NCBI GenBank assembly: GCA_937968065.1
Contig: CALBUD010000051.1
Coordinates: 2,821-34,820, forward strand
Source of the DNA: Candidatus Iainarchaeum sp.
Lineage (GTDB): Archaea > Iainarchaeota > Iainarchaeia > Iainarchaeales > CSSED10-239
Length of the DNA stretch: 32,000 nt
Direction of reading: 5' to 3'
In this document: in pieces, positions 1 through 14,800 of the stretch
Numbering within the stretch: position 1 is the stretch's first letter
How the letters are laid out: the number at the start of each line of letters is the position of its first letter
Translations under genes and position numbers: made by a program
The notes under the pieces: generated by a model
Told to the model about the DNA's origin: nothing
The model's database searches: none
Seen by the model: the letters and a program-made list of their open reading frames with translations, nothing else

Positions 1-3000
1 TATTTTTCTAAATTATTTTTTAATGTTTTTTCTTCATCAGTTTGAGCATCCATTTCAATATCAAATACTTTAATTTTTCCTAAATCCACATTACTGTAAA
101 AATTTAAGAAATTATAACCTAAAGTATTTTCATCTTTAATATAATCTTCAAACAAAGGAGTCAATCGTTTATCTCCATAACTTTCATTATTAACTATAAG
201 ATTGTATAAATAAAATAAATCTTTATATTTAATAAGTCTGCCTTCTGCATTTCTAATTTTATAATTATCATTTATAGTAGAATCAACTTTATTAAAATTA
301 CTTAATAGTTCTTGAAACTTATCTATATTTATTGGTGAATTTAATTCATTAATTGGGAAAGTTGAAGTTATTTGAGTTGTTCAATGTCCTATTGAATTTC
401 TAAGACTACTTAATTTTAAATTTTTAGCCAAGGGTGAATCTGATTTTTTTAATATTTCAAATATAACATTTTCCATTAATATTTTAAAATTAGCTATTCC
501 ATAATCAGTTTTTAAATCAATTACAAAATCTGTATTAGGAGTAACTACTTGAATATCATCTGGATATAATTCTGGATTTTTTTGAATATCTCCAATAGCT
601 AAATTTTTAGCATTATTTGATTTATAAAATATTACAGATTCAATACCAGATGTTTGTATTAATTTTTTAGCATTAAATCTAATATGATCATTGTCTGTTT
701 GTTTTAATCATTTTGATATAGTAAATTTATCAAAAGTAACTAAAGCTCTACTTAAAATAAGATCATTTATTTTTATACCAAAAGCATTATTTCCAAATCT
801 TCCATTTAATACACTATTATTTAAATCAAGAATTTTTTCAATATTATCTTTAATAATATCTCTTGAAGTTGAGAAAGCAAAATTATATTTAGCAGATACT
901 AAACTTAATGTATTATGAATTGTACTAACTCCAGAAACCATTGCTTTAAAGTGAGGAGAATTTTCTATTACATCAAAAACATTAATTGTATTTTTAAATA
1001 AATTATAATACTCTATTGTTGCTTTTCTATAATCATCATTTGCTTCATCCATATAATATCTAAAATCAAATTGACCTCCAATTAAACTAACAGTTTTAGT
1101 ATCAGGTTTTCCTTCTTTAGTTATATAATTAACTTTTATAGAATTTGCTTTAACTAATACTTCTTTTACATAATTACTTACTTCATTTAAATAAAATTCT
1201 TTTTCTTCTTTAGTTTGTGCATTTTCTGCTAATTGTTTATTTTTATCGTCTTTTAATTTAAGTAAAGAATTTGATTCTATAATTTTTTTAATTAATGTTG
1301 TTGGAACTTTATTAATTTCTATTAATTCATCTCATTTTGCAGGATTTCTTAATAAAACTATTTGTCTATTTAAAACAGAATGTTCTCTAGCATACATACC
1401 AGATTCCAAATTAGATAAGAATCTATTTAACTCATCAACATTAGCAGCAGTTTTTTGATTTACTTTTAATATCTGAGCTAAAAATTTAAATTCTTGAGCA
1501 CCTTCATATATTTCTCTAAATTGTTTTACTTCTTCTTCTTGACCTTCATTTTCTTGTAAATATTTAGTTAATAAAGCATCAACATAAACAGATTTAGATG
1601 ATTTAAAAATATTACCTCTAATATTATTACTTATATATTTTCCTATTGGAGAATTCATATAAAGAGCAACATCTTTAATACCATAACCTAAAGACATCAA
1701 ATATAAATGCATAGATGCTAATTCAACTACCGCATTAATTTTTGACATAACTAACTCTTTAGCGTTATCAGTTGCTGCAGAAATAATACCTGATATTTCT
1801 AAAGCTGCCTGAATTTCAACATCAATTTCAGAAAGTTGTTGTTGTAATTCATCATAACCATAAATATTGAATATAGTATTCATATATTCTTGGCTTACAT
1901 TAGTATTAGCTATTGTATGAATTAATTTTTTATTACCATTAATAGTAAATTCTTTTCTAAATACTTTATTATCATTATAAAAATTTATAGCTTCCTTGTC
2001 TATTAATACATCATTTTTATATAAATGTGTGTATCAATTATTATAATAATTACTTAAAGCCAAGAATACTTTTTGACCATTTGCTCCAATACCTACGTCA
2101 GCTTTACCAACAGAAGCATCTTCTTGTTGTTTAAATGGTGAAATCCAATCTCAATTAGAAAGTAAATCTTCAGTATATTTTAATTGTTCTTTAGCAGCTT
2201 CAGCAGCTTTGTGTATAGAATCTATGCTAATTGGTTCAGAAGCAAATAAGAAATTACTTGGAGTACTAATGATTTCTTTAATTTTAGATACAATAGAATT
2301 TCTAATAGCATTTCGTTTATAAATATATTCTGTACTTGTATTATGTTTATTTATAATATTTATATATAAATCAATAATTTTAGAATTATTAGCATATAAA
2401 TTTTGATTTACAACTAAAGTATTATTAGTTTGTTTATCATCATTATTATTAGATTTTCTTAATACAGATATAAAATCTCTTATAATACTTAAAGGAAACA
2501 TTGAAGATAATTTTTCAGGATCAGTTTCAGTTATATTATTTGATTCAATAAATTGAATAAAATTACTTATTTCTGTATCTACATTATCTATGTTTGAACC
2601 TGAATCAACCGTTATTTCTTTACCGTTAGGTAAAGGAATTCTTTCTAAAATATCTAATTCTTCTTTAGTACTATAATCAAATAAAGGAGTTCCTACTTCA
2701 TAATGACCATTTTTATTAAATCCATATCCCATCATATAAGATTTATCAATATCAAAGTCAGAACCTTGATATCAAATTTGAAATATAGATACATAAGCAT
2801 CATTTGATTCAGTATTAAAATATGCAACATTTTTCATTGTCATGAACGATTGCATAGATTGAGCAGGAATACGAGCCGATATTGTTTCTAAAGATTTTTG
2901 CCAGCTTGCAAATTTTTTATTAGATAATGTTTGTAAAACTGTTTGTATATTTTTAGATAACCAAGAAGAATCTAAAACATCAGAATCTCTTTTTCTATAA

Positions 3001-6000
3001 TTATAAAATTTTGAAAATATTTTAAAAGTTTCTTCATTTATATTTATAGGTTGATTATTTCTATTTATAGTATTAGTAATTAAATCTTTATTATCATTAT
3101 TTAATAAAGGAACTATAGCAGAAATATCTTCATCAAATGATCTAATAAAATTCCATAAAGAATATTGAAGATTTACATTTAATTGTCTAAATTTATTTGT
3201 TTTATTAGTTGCTTCATCTACAACTTTAACTTCTTTACTAATTTTTACATAAATAATATCAACTCCATTTTTATGAACTACTTTTGAATTTTTAGGTTTT
3301 GTATATAAAGTTCCTCCAGTTGAAGAAATTCTTCTTAATTCTGTTTCTCCAGTTTCATCATTTGTTTTAGAAACAAATAATTTAAGATTATCTTGTTCAA
3401 TAGGTAAATCATGTACAAATTTAATATATACATTAGGATTTCCTTCAGATAATACAAATTTTAAATCAGCATTTGTATCATCTTCTTTAAAATTAGATTC
3501 TAATTGTTCAATAAAATATTCAGGTCCAGTAACTTCGTTTATTGATTTACCTTTAATATCAAATGCTGAATATATTTTAGGTAATATTACTTCTGCAGGA
3601 ATATGATTATAATTTTCAACTCTAACAGTATTTAATTCATTATATAATTTTTTTGCATTTTCTCACGGAGTAGATAAATTATCTCCTTGTGGAAAATATA
3701 TATTAAAATCAATAGGTAAATTAGAATTTGTTCTAGGAATCATTATTCTTCCTGAATCTAATAATTGAGTATTACGTTTAGTTCAAGCATTTAATTTTTT
3801 ATCTAATTTATCAAATGATTCGTCTGTACCATTTAAAGGAATTTTAGCTCATTCAGCAAAAGATGTAAGATGTTGTAAATATTTTGGATTAATAAAAGTT
3901 TTATCTTTATCAGCCTTTTTAAAATTTTCTTGAAAAGTATTTAAAACAAATCTTAATTTTACTGAATCTAAATCAAATTTATTATAATAAATTCCATTTA
4001 CTGTAAATGTAGTTTCATCAGGTTTTAAATCTCTCGGAGCATTATATATTTTAACAACTTGATCTGATAAACTATTTACATTTGTTTTAAAATTATAATA
4101 TTTTTCAAGTGTATTTAAAGTAACAGGTTTACCATCAATTAAAATAGTATCTCAAAGATTAACTTCACCTACTGTTATATTATCATTGGGAAAAAATGTT
4201 TCTAAATATTTATCTAATATTTGATTATTTGAAAGAACTTTAACATCAGGAAGACTAGTTCCTCATTTAAAAGCTAATTTTCTTAATTCACTTTGTTTAT
4301 ATATTTTTCCATCTTTCCCTTGATATAATTGAACTATACCGTGAGAAGGATTTATGACAGCACCAAGACCAGGATAATAACGAGTTATAAATTCATTATT
4401 CATTTTTGTAATCATCTCTCTAGTAAAATCTCTAAAGAAGTGTTGATTACTAAACGGTAGTAATTGACCTATTCCAAAAGTTTCAGCTATTGTTTTTGCT
4501 AATGTTGTTCCTTCAGAATTTGCTAAATTATATGCAAATTGTTTAGATAAAACTGTATAAAAATCATTAATTTGTTTTTCAGTTAAATTATCAGAACTAG
4601 AATAATATTTTTTAGAAGATTCTTTTATTATTCTTGCTATATCTTGATATACTTCATTAGCTAAATAAGCAGTTGTAGGATTTTGAGCAAGAGCAGATAT
4701 AATCTGAGTAATTTCTTTTATTTTAGATTCATTTGCTGAGTGATTAGCATCTAACTGAGGTCCAATATAATCATTTTTAAATGTAGTGTAAGTTAATCTT
4801 TCATTACTTTCTCATAATCGAGAAGGATTTAGATTAATTTGTCCAGATTTAAAAGAACTACCATTAGATATAAAATGAATCATTTTATCTTTTAAAATAT
4901 ATTTTCCATCATTATCAACATAAGATGTTACTAAATCATATATTAAATCATTTGATCCTTCAGAAAATTCTAAATCTTCTGTAATAGTATCAGCTCCTCC
5001 AAATGCTTTTCATATATCAAATAAATTTTTTACTTCAGTCTCGACAATTGGTTTAGAAAGAATACCATTAAATTGTTTTGTATCAGGATTATAAGAATTA
5101 CCTAATATAACAATTTTACCCTTAGAAATAGCATAATTATTTATTTTATAATAATTTCCATTTTTATAAAATCCTATAAATGGTAATTCTTTTGAAGTAT
5201 ATTCTAAATCTGAAGGTAAATCAAATGCAGATAACATTTGATCTTGTTTATTTAACATATTAACTTCAGATTTTGAAGAATCTCTAATTACTTCATTTGT
5301 TATTACAAATTCAGCATCCTTTTTAAGAGAACTTCCATAAGGACTTATAAAAGTACCAATTTCCTTTTTAGTACCTTGATAACTTTTACTTGGAAAAGAT
5401 TCTTCAATCATTCTAGAATAAGCATAATTTATTCAAGTTGATCCATCATGAATATCTTGGGTATGAGTTTTTCCAGATAAATTACCTAACTTTGCACTAC
5501 GATCTTGTATAATTGCTCCATTAATTTTATCAGGAACACCTAATTGATAATTCTTAATAGGAATTTCATAAGTAGCTGTAAAAGATACATTACGCTTACT
5601 CATGTTAGGAAGTCTAAAAGACATTTCTTTAAAGTACTCTGTTCAATGAAGTTTATTTTTATCTATATCACCTTTTTTAATATCTTTATCAGATAAAAAT
5701 TTAGAATCAATAAAATTATCTCCCCTAAATTTTAATTTAGATTCTTTATCTTTTGATTTAAAAGGGTGCATATATTCTGGTTTAGTAGTAATATATAAAT
5801 ATTCATGTTTGAATAAATTGTTTACTCATAAACCTCTTTTTAATAAAGGATTTAATAAACCTGTTTTAGATTTAATTAATACTCCTTCTCCTTTAACAAC
5901 AAAATTAGTCTGAAAAGATTTTTTATCAATTCCGAAAGTAGTTAATAAACTATTTAAACTTAAATCTTTTTCTTCCATTTTATCTAAATCACCAGATGAA

Positions 6001-8843
6001 AATAGATATTCACTATTAGAATATTTAATTAATTTGTTTATTAAAGAATTTTCAGACTCTTTTACAAAATGATTAAAATTATCCTTATTTTCAAATATGA
6101 AAAAATTATCAATAATAGGTTGATTTAAACCTAGCCTAATAGATTTTCCATCTTCTGGAGATACATAAATTGAATAATGTAATTCTCCAGAAATATTAAT
6201 AGAATCATCGTTAAGTCGTTTAGTTCTAATATGTTCTAATAAATCATTTAAAGTTTTAAATTCTTTTAAGAAATCATTTATTTTCTTTATATTACTTTTT
6301 ATTATTTTTATATCAGGATTAGCAACATTAACATTGCTAATTTTAACTCCTAATTTACTATATTGATCAAATATATTTCTTACTACATCTCAGTAATAAT
6401 TATATGATTGAGTTCTAACTAATTCTAATAAATTAGTTTGAGTCATTACATTTTTACCACTATTATTACCTATAATATATTCTCCGTTATGTTTAATATT
6501 TTTATCTATTATCTTATTAACAATAGAATTTTTATCTGAATAATTACCAATCATAACATTTATTCCACCTACTTTTGATGTAGGTCTAAAAACATCTAAA
6601 AAGTCATATTCAAAACTTGCAGTAAAACTTTCTAAAGCTGTTCAATTAAAAGCTGTTTTACTTTTATCTTCATTAATAGCTTCTAATTTTGTAGAAGTTC
6701 CTAATAAACCTCCATCTTGTAAAAATAAATTTCTATATTGTTCAGAACCAGTTTGTTCTAATAAATGTCTTTCTAATAATACATTTCCATCATCAAACAT
6801 TAAATTTGCAAGTTTAAATGTTGGAATTTTTTCTCCTGTACTTGTAGTAGTAACCATTATAGCTTTCATTGGCTGATTTTCCAAGAAAATATCTAATATA
6901 TCTTGAATTTTTTGACTTAATTTAGAAATTACTTCTGATTTAGATTTAACTTCAGCCTTTGTTAAGTCAGCAATATTTTCTTCATTTTCTTGAATAGCTT
7001 CTAAAATACCCTTTTGACCTTCTTCTTCTGATTGTCTAATTGAAACTAAAAAGTCTCTAACATACCTAGCAACTTTTTCTTTATTCTCTCCCTCATTAAA
7101 TTTAGGATCTTTTAAAGCTTCCATTAATTTAAATGCTCCTTCTGGTCCTAAATATATACCTAATTTAGCATAAATCATATTAGATAACTTTTGAGGAGTA
7201 TCTGTTTGTTTTTTAATATTTTCAATTTCTTTCTTAATATTCTCAGACTCTTTAGCTGCATTTTCAGATGTAGAAGATACTCCAATTCAAAATTGATTAG
7301 GAAGAGTTGTTCTTTGAGACAAATAAGAATATATTGAATTTTGTAAGTCAACTCTAGTTGCATTATGAGAGTGCATTTCTTGAAGTTCTAACTTACCTGT
7401 ATTTTGATTATATACTGTATAATTTGCTCCGTATGAATTATTTACTACTTGAGATACTATATTTAAAATTGATCTTTTAGAATTTTTTTCTTTTGTTGCA
7501 TTTTTAGTTAAAAAAGAATCCAAAGATCTTAAAACTCCAATTTTATTATTGAAAGTTACTGCATTTCTATTATTATATAAAGAATCTTCAGATACTCAAT
7601 TATCTCCATCTTTAGCTTCAAGTATATTATGAATATACCATTTTAACATTCTTAAAGGATCTTTAGAGAACAATGTTCAATTTTCAAATCCAAATGGGTG
7701 AGTATCTTTAGTATCACCTAATTTAGAAAAATCATCATCTCTTAATTTAATTAATTTATTGAAGTTTAATATTTCAAAGTTTTTTATAAAAGCAGCTAAA
7801 GAATATAAATCTTTTCTATCTAAATATAAACCAGTAAAATCTCCATTATTATCTAATAAAGGAATAGATTCAATAATAGCATCAGATAATTGATCGCGAA
7901 TTTCTTCTACTGATTCTGACATATGTTCTTCAGTTTTCCAATATTCTGTAGACTTTCCTTTAGGAGTTAAAGAATATTTACTAGAACTGCCTCCATAATT
8001 AAAATCATTAAAATATTTTACGTCAATTTTAATAACATTGTTATAATATTTATAAAGAATATTATCAAAATTAACTAATAATATTGCAGCATTATAAGCA
8101 TCTAATTTTAATCTATCATTTATATTAGATATACTTCCTGTTAGATCAGGTATAATTTGATCAAATATATTTACTACAGCATTAACGTTATTTTTTCCTA
8201 ATAATGTTTCTTCTAATATTTTTAAAGTATCTTTATATAAATCATAGTTTTTAAAGTTACCTCTAAAATCATATAAATTTGCTATAAATTTATCTTCTTT
8301 ATAATATTTACTTATGTTATCAATTTTTCCTAATTCTTTTAAATAATCAACAATAGTTTTAAATAATTTATTTTTTAATGACTTAATATTATTATTAACA
8401 TCAAAGTCACCTCTTACATAAGTTTCTATTGGATTTCCTTTTTCATCTTCTTCGGGATTAAATATAACAGCTTCTACAAATTGTTGATTTAATCGTTTTT
8501 CAAAATATTTTTTAGCAACATGATAATCGCTAAATAAATCTACAATTAAAGGTGAATTAAAAATAGATTTTACATTAGATACTTTTTTAGAAATTACTTT
8601 CTTTCTAATTTGAGGATCTGATGCATTAAAATTATAATTTAATCGTTTAAAAACTTTTTCAATTCTATTATAAGAACTTTCAGTAAATTCTTCTTTTATC
8701 TTTTTTAAATTATAATCATTTCCTAAAAGAGAACGCACATATTCTAGTGCGTTCTCTCATGAAGAAAAACTTCCATTTTCTAATTTAGTCTCTAATTTTG
8801 ATACTACTCTTCCCTGTAAATTAGGGCTACAAATATCGCTCAT
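1..8843 (-). CDS. Giant virion-type RNA polymerase-like protein. Partial: the C-terminus runs off the left edge. More than 2947 aa with TGA read as Trp.
   Basis: Track fragments 708..1052, 1332..1883, 2151..2735, 5010..5411, 5433..5624, 6642..7178, 7287..7523 and 7677..8738 share one frame (low coordinate divisible by 3), and each ends in TGA. I read every gap codon and found no in-frame TAA/TAG from 3 to 8843. The start is ATG at 8841-8843 (MSDICSPNLQGRVV...), 9 nt after the upstream stop. There are 22 in-frame TGA. The segment SARIPAQSMQSF...WYQGSDFDIDKSYMMG lies at 2745-2873. It resembles the RAPTLHRxxxQ...NADFDGD segment of RNAP beta-prime and the DFDID metal site that I recall (from memory) for the phi14:2 gp66 / crAss-like virion RNAP. 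Confidence 0.7.
2745..2873 (-). other. Putative catalytic double-psi beta-barrel segment of the RNAP-like giant (R-I-P-A-Q-S ... D-F-D-I-D, about residues 1991-2033)
   Basis: Direct translation gives gtc-aaa-atc-aat-atc at 2745-2759 = D F D I D on the minus strand, and acg-aat-agg-agc-ttg-aga at 2856-2873 = R I P A Q S. The spacing and flanking aromatic residues mimic the beta-prime NADFDGD loop context. Confidence 0.55.
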
Positions 8844-8852
8844 TTTTTATTT

Positions 8853-11800
8853 TTATTGACAGTTTATAAATAAATTATCAAGTGAATCAGAATCAGAATG
8901 ATCTATTCCTAAAGTTTTAAAAATATAACTAGTTAAATCATATTGAACAGTATGATGATCTGAATTTTTAGAAGTTAAATTATAATAATGGTCTAATAGT
9001 AATGAAGATTCTTTCGGAAATTCATTTAATATTTCATATAATGATTTACCATTAAATACTTTATTTCTTCATTTACTGATTAATTGATTAAATATTAATT
9101 TATCTTCTTCACTTAATTCATCGAAATTTTGATGAATAGTTTTAAGATTATTTAATAATGCTTCTACTGGTTTGCTCGAATTTTTATTAACAATTTCAGT
9201 TATTTCATCAAAAACTATTTCAGGAGTTAATTCTGTTTTTTCAGTATTTAAACTTCTTAATTTTTGTTCTAAGTCAGAAATATAAATATTCATTCCTTCT
9301 TCAAAAGATGTACTTTCAGAAACACCTGGTAATGTTGATAGATTAGATATATCAGTTAATCCTTGCAAAGTATATTCTGTATTCTTTTTATGTTCTAATA
9401 TATCTTTAATTAAAGTTGCAACTTTAATTTTTAAGTTTAATCTTTCTTTTGTATCACCTGGTTCATCTTTAACTATAGCTTCACCACTATATTTTATTGA
9501 TTTTAATTTAGTAATAAGTTTAGTTATTTCTGGGTCTATTTTGTCTTTTTTGTCTTTTTTCTTAGCAATGATTACATTATCGGATAAATCTAAATTCAAA
9601 TAAGGACCTTCAGGAGTTAATGTAATAAAAGTATTTGATAAATTACTATCAACATCTTTAATTTTAAAACCTTCTCCATCTTTAGTTATGGGAATATTAT
9701 AATAAAATTTATCATTAAATTCATTAGATCAGAATTTAAGCATTTGATCAATAATTTTTATTTGACTTTTATAAACTTGAATAGTTTCGTCAAAATAATT
9801 ACCAACTTCAGCTTCATAAAGACCAAGTGTATGATTCATTTGATCATAAAATGAAAATATATTCCAGAATTTAGTTGACCAATATTTCTTATCGGTATAA
9901 CCTTGAATTTTTCTTACTAATTTAGTTTTTAAATTTTTTTCAGTAAGAGTTGTTTTTGATTTTTCTGCAATAGTTAATTCATTTTCAATTAATAAATATA
10001 CTTCTCTTAATCTAGAATGTTGTCCTTTTTCTTTATGAGTCATATTCTCAATTAAATCCTTAGAAACAATTTCATTTATTAATGATAATAATTCATTATT
10101 TTTTATATTCTTTCCAGCTAAATCCTTATTAGATTCTTGTATAAGTTGTTTGCCAGTTTTGAAAAATTCTCTAAATAACTGAGGTTGTTTTACAGCCATT
10201 CTAACTAACATATCTAATACTTGATTAGCATTAAATAATGTTTCTGTAACTGGAAATACTTCATCTTGTCGTTTAGATAAAATTAATTGTCTTGCTGAAA
10301 TAGGAGTTTTTAATCCTAAAGGATTTCTTATAGTTTCTTGTATTTGTTTTATTGTTTTAGTATTAGACTTCAACAATACATATTGAACGTGAGATTTATC
10401 CTTTATAAATGTAACTGCTACATAAGGTTTACCTTTATATCCAGAATTAGTTCCTTTTCCATAAAACAATTCTTTTAATTTTTCTTCAGATATTGGTTCA
10501 CCAAAGGTTATTTCAGCATATTTTTGTTTAAATTTTTCAAAAGTATTAGGAAATATTTTAATTGCTGGCTTTTTAACATATTCCGTTCCATCAAGAAATA
10601 ATAAACCTTTAAATTTAGATAATTCTTCTAAAGAATATTTTACAGGATTATCATCACTTTTAACAAGTCTAGTAGAAGTTTTTACATTGATTTTAGTTGG
10701 ATCAATTTCAACTTCATCGTCAATAGAATTAATAAAATTTTCAAATTTATCTCTAGATTCTTTGTCTTTTTCAAATCAAGTATTTACTGTATTAAGTAAT
10801 GGAAATGTTGCTAATTGTACATAATATTCTTTTGAACCATTACTAACTTTTAACATTAAGTTATAATAATCATCTCCATCTTCTAATGGTGAAGTTTTAT
10901 CTAACTTTTTATCAAAAGCTGTATTATATGCTTTATAATATGTAGATTTTTTTACTACTAATGTACTTTGTAATTTACTAGTATCTCCAAATATAGCTTT
11001 TAATACTGTATTTAATACTGGAGGTTGAAATTTATTTTTTCCAGTTGATTTAGAAGTTTTCCAAATATCATATTTTAATCTAACAAATTCTTCAACATAA
11101 TTATCAAAATCGGCTTCATTAAATCCGTCTGTTGGTTGAATATCATATAAGAAAGATAATCCATAAGAAAAACTACTATTTGGATTCTTTTCAACAAATA
11201 CTTTTCCACCTTTCCTGGTAATATTTATATCTAAATCATTATAAAAAGTATGAAGTCTATATTTAAAAGATTCTTTTTCAAATTCAGGATCAAATTTTTC
11301 TTGTGTTAAAGTTTCTCCTGTATATTCAGAATCTCCATCATCTTCATCAGTTAAATCTAATTCTGATTTAGAAAATTTAAAGAAATCATATTTAATATCA
11401 AAATTTGGATTTAATATTTCTTTTAGTTTATCAATTCTTTTCTTTTTATCTTCATCAATTACATTTTTCTGTAATGGAGTTACAAATACTGTAGAACTTT
11501 GTTGTTCATTTTTCAATCGAATTATGCTAGTATCAGGATTTGTAATTTCACCTTCATTTAATATTATAGTAGCTTGTTTAGACCTTGTACTATAAGTATA
11601 TAATCTTCTTAAAGAATCTAATACGTGTCTACCTTTTATAAATGAATTAGGTAATATAAAATAATCTACTTCAGATCCTTGAATATTACCTTCAGTAAAT
11701 AACTTAATATTAGCTTTAGTAATACCAAAAGCTTCAAACTGTTTTTCTAATTCTGGATCTAATTCATTAATATTATTAGATAATACACCAATTTTAGTTT

Positions 11801-14800
11801 CAGGTTTATTTTTAATAATATTTCTTAATGTATTTAATACATCATTAGGAATTAAATTAGTACTAGAAAGTAAAGTTCCAGTTAATACTTCAGGAGATAA
11901 ATGATATTTTAATAATATACCATTATCTATCATATCCATTATAGCTGGAGTATCTTCAGCAGATGAAAATATATTTATTGATCGTTTAACTAATGCAGAT
12001 AAATAATCATTATTTTCTCTTTGTTGAGAATTAGCTGCCCTAACACTTAGGGATAATTGTGGTGAAAATATTCCAGATACTCTATCAATATTATAAGATA
12101 CATTTTCAACTTTTTCATTAGTAATACCTAATTGAATATAATCACCAGCTCCTATAATTTTTAATTTATTTGTTCGTTTAGAATATTCATTAAGTAATTC
12201 TAATTCTAAAGCATCAAAGTGAGATATTTCATCTATAAATAAAACATCAGGCAAATTAGTTTTAGTTAAATCAAAATTAATTTTATTTCAATCTTTAATA
12301 ACTATTTTTTCAGCTTTATTTTCAGAATTAGGTATAGCTATTTCTACTATTTCTACTATTTCAGAATTATTAAAATCTTCTGCATAAATTTGTTCAAGAA
12401 TTTTATCAATTCCTAATTCTTTAAATAATGCAGATTTAATAAATTTTTCTTTAGTAAATAAAGTATGATCAATACTACTTAATACAGAATCATATAAATC
12501 ATTAGTTTTATCTAAACTTGGTGCTGAAAATCAGATATTTAAATTAGGATTATTATTTTGTAAAAGTAAAGTTATTATTTTAAATAATACTGCTGTTTTA
12601 CCAGTTCCTGCATCACCTAAAATATAAGTTATTCTGTCTGTTAAATGTGCAAGTTCACTTTGTGTATCAATTATTATTTCTGAAAATAAATCTGGTTCAA
12701 TAATTGAAGCATATATTACTTTAGTAGAAAATTCTTGAGTAAAAAATGGAGATTTATCAAATGAATCTTTTTCTAATATAGAAACTAATCTATTATTAAA
12801 ATCATATGAATCAACAGATAAACTAGTAACTAAATACAATAAAAAATCATTATTACTAATAGATTTAATATTTTTATCAATTCTATTACTTCCATCTTTA
12901 TCATATAAATCATATAATATATTTTTAAATTTAAATATTCTTGCTAATTCTTTTACTACTTTAATTCTATCTTCTTTAGAATAAGTATTATAATGTTCAA
13001 AGAAAAGATGTTCAATTTCTAATAATTTTTTCTCATCATCTAAATTAGAATCTATTAATTCTGATAAATCAGGAAATGAAGGAACATCTGGTTTTTCTTT
13101 TATAACAACCTTTCAAGCATATAATAATTGCTCATTTGTTTTTTTCCTTATTTCTTCTTCTTCTAAGAAAATTTGTCCTGAATTATTTCTAGATAAATAT
13201 ACTAGAAATTCTAATTTATTTTGAATTCTTTGTAATTCTAAAATTACTAAATTAGCTATATCAGAAGATATAGTTTTTAATTTTGTAATATCAGATTTAG
13301 TATCATGTTTTTCAGCAAATCGTTTTCTTGCTTCAATAAATCCTATAGGATCTTCACTAGAAACAGTAGTCATACTAGTACCTAATACAATAGACCTAAG
13401 CATCTTTAAAGCATCAATTGCTTGTAACATATCTTTTTCTTGAAATCCGGCTTTAATATAATTAGTTGGATCAGAAGCATTAAAAAGAGTTAAGTTTTCA
13501 TCCCTTAAAATATCAACTATTGTTTTTTGCCTTTTTTCTTTTTCATCGTCTAAAGATAATAAAAAATTATTTAAAAATTCATAAATAGTATTAGGAATAA
13601 ATTTTTCTTTATTATCTAATACTTCTTTTAATTCTTTTAACTTGTTAATTGTATTTTTATTTTGTTTTACTTTTTTATTTATTTCTGAAAGTTCATTTTC
13701 TAAAGCATACATAGTAGCATCAAAATTTTCAGAAGTATTTAAAATATCCATGATATAACTTGGAAAAGTATCCCAAAACCCCATATCGTTTTTATAATCT
13801 TCTATAGAATCTTTAAAATCTTGATTAATAGTAGAAATATTAAAAATTAAATCTAATAAATTTTCATTTGAAATTGTAATTTCTTTAAAAAAGTCTCCTT
13901 TAAAATTAGATATTATTTTTAAATAAATTTCTTCTAACTTATTAAATAACTCTTTATCTAAGTTACCTGAATCTTTAATTTCTTTTAATATTGCATCAAG
14001 AGTATAGTTGATTGGTTCAAATACATTAAAATCCTCAGCCTCTGTTGTTATTTCTGATTCTCTTTTTACATATTCAGAATAATTATTTTTATATATATCA
14101 AAAGTAGAATGTATTTTATCTACAATAGCTTCAATTTGAGATAATTTTGAATCAGAATCAGACATTATTAATTCAATTAATGAATTATCTCCGGGATTAG
14201 TTAAAGCAAAAAATTCAATATATTGTTTTAATGCTTCTTTAAGTTCATCATTTGTTAAATCAGATACATCTTTTTTAAGAGTCTTAGCAAACTTATCAAG
14301 AGTATTTTTATGTGTTTCTAATTTTCAAGTAAGCATGTCTGAAGAGAAACCATTAACAAGTTCAGGAGTTAATCCTAATCTTACCATTTCATTATTAAGG
14401 AAAAAAGCTATTTGTCTTTCTTTTTCATCTAACTTTTTATCTCCTTGAATATAATGTAATGCTACAATAAGTTTTTTACTTTCTAAATCCTTAATTTGTT
14501 GATCAATCTCATTAGAATTTTCTTCTGTTTTTTCTGCTAACAATTCTTCTTGTTTTCTTTCAAGACCATCATTATATGATTTAATTGTATCATTAAACAT
14601 AAGTGCTATTGAATTGAAATCTAAATTATCAGTAGGTAATTGAGAAAGAGTACTTTTTAAAACTCTTTGTATTATTTCTCTTCTTGTAGCTTTTTCTTCA
14701 CCTTCAGTTAATTCTTGATCTAAATAAGTATCTGATAAAGGATTTCCTGTAAAGTCAACAATAAGTCCTTTTTCTTTAAACTTATCATAAGCGTCTATTG

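Noticed and set aside
8844-8855. Stop-codon read-through fusing the two giants into one polyprotein
   Set aside because: Two in-frame TAA codons, three codons apart, lie between them, and a normal ATG start follows. Nothing in the window suggests that TAA is reassigned.
12341-12362. Short tandem DNA repeats: tttctacta x2.5 at 12341-12362 encoding EIVEIVEI, and gaatca x2.5 at 8885-8900 and about 14149-14163 encoding SDSDS
   Set aside because: They are in-frame, very short, and consistent with low-complexity protein segments. There is no array structure, so this is not a CRISPR or satellite.
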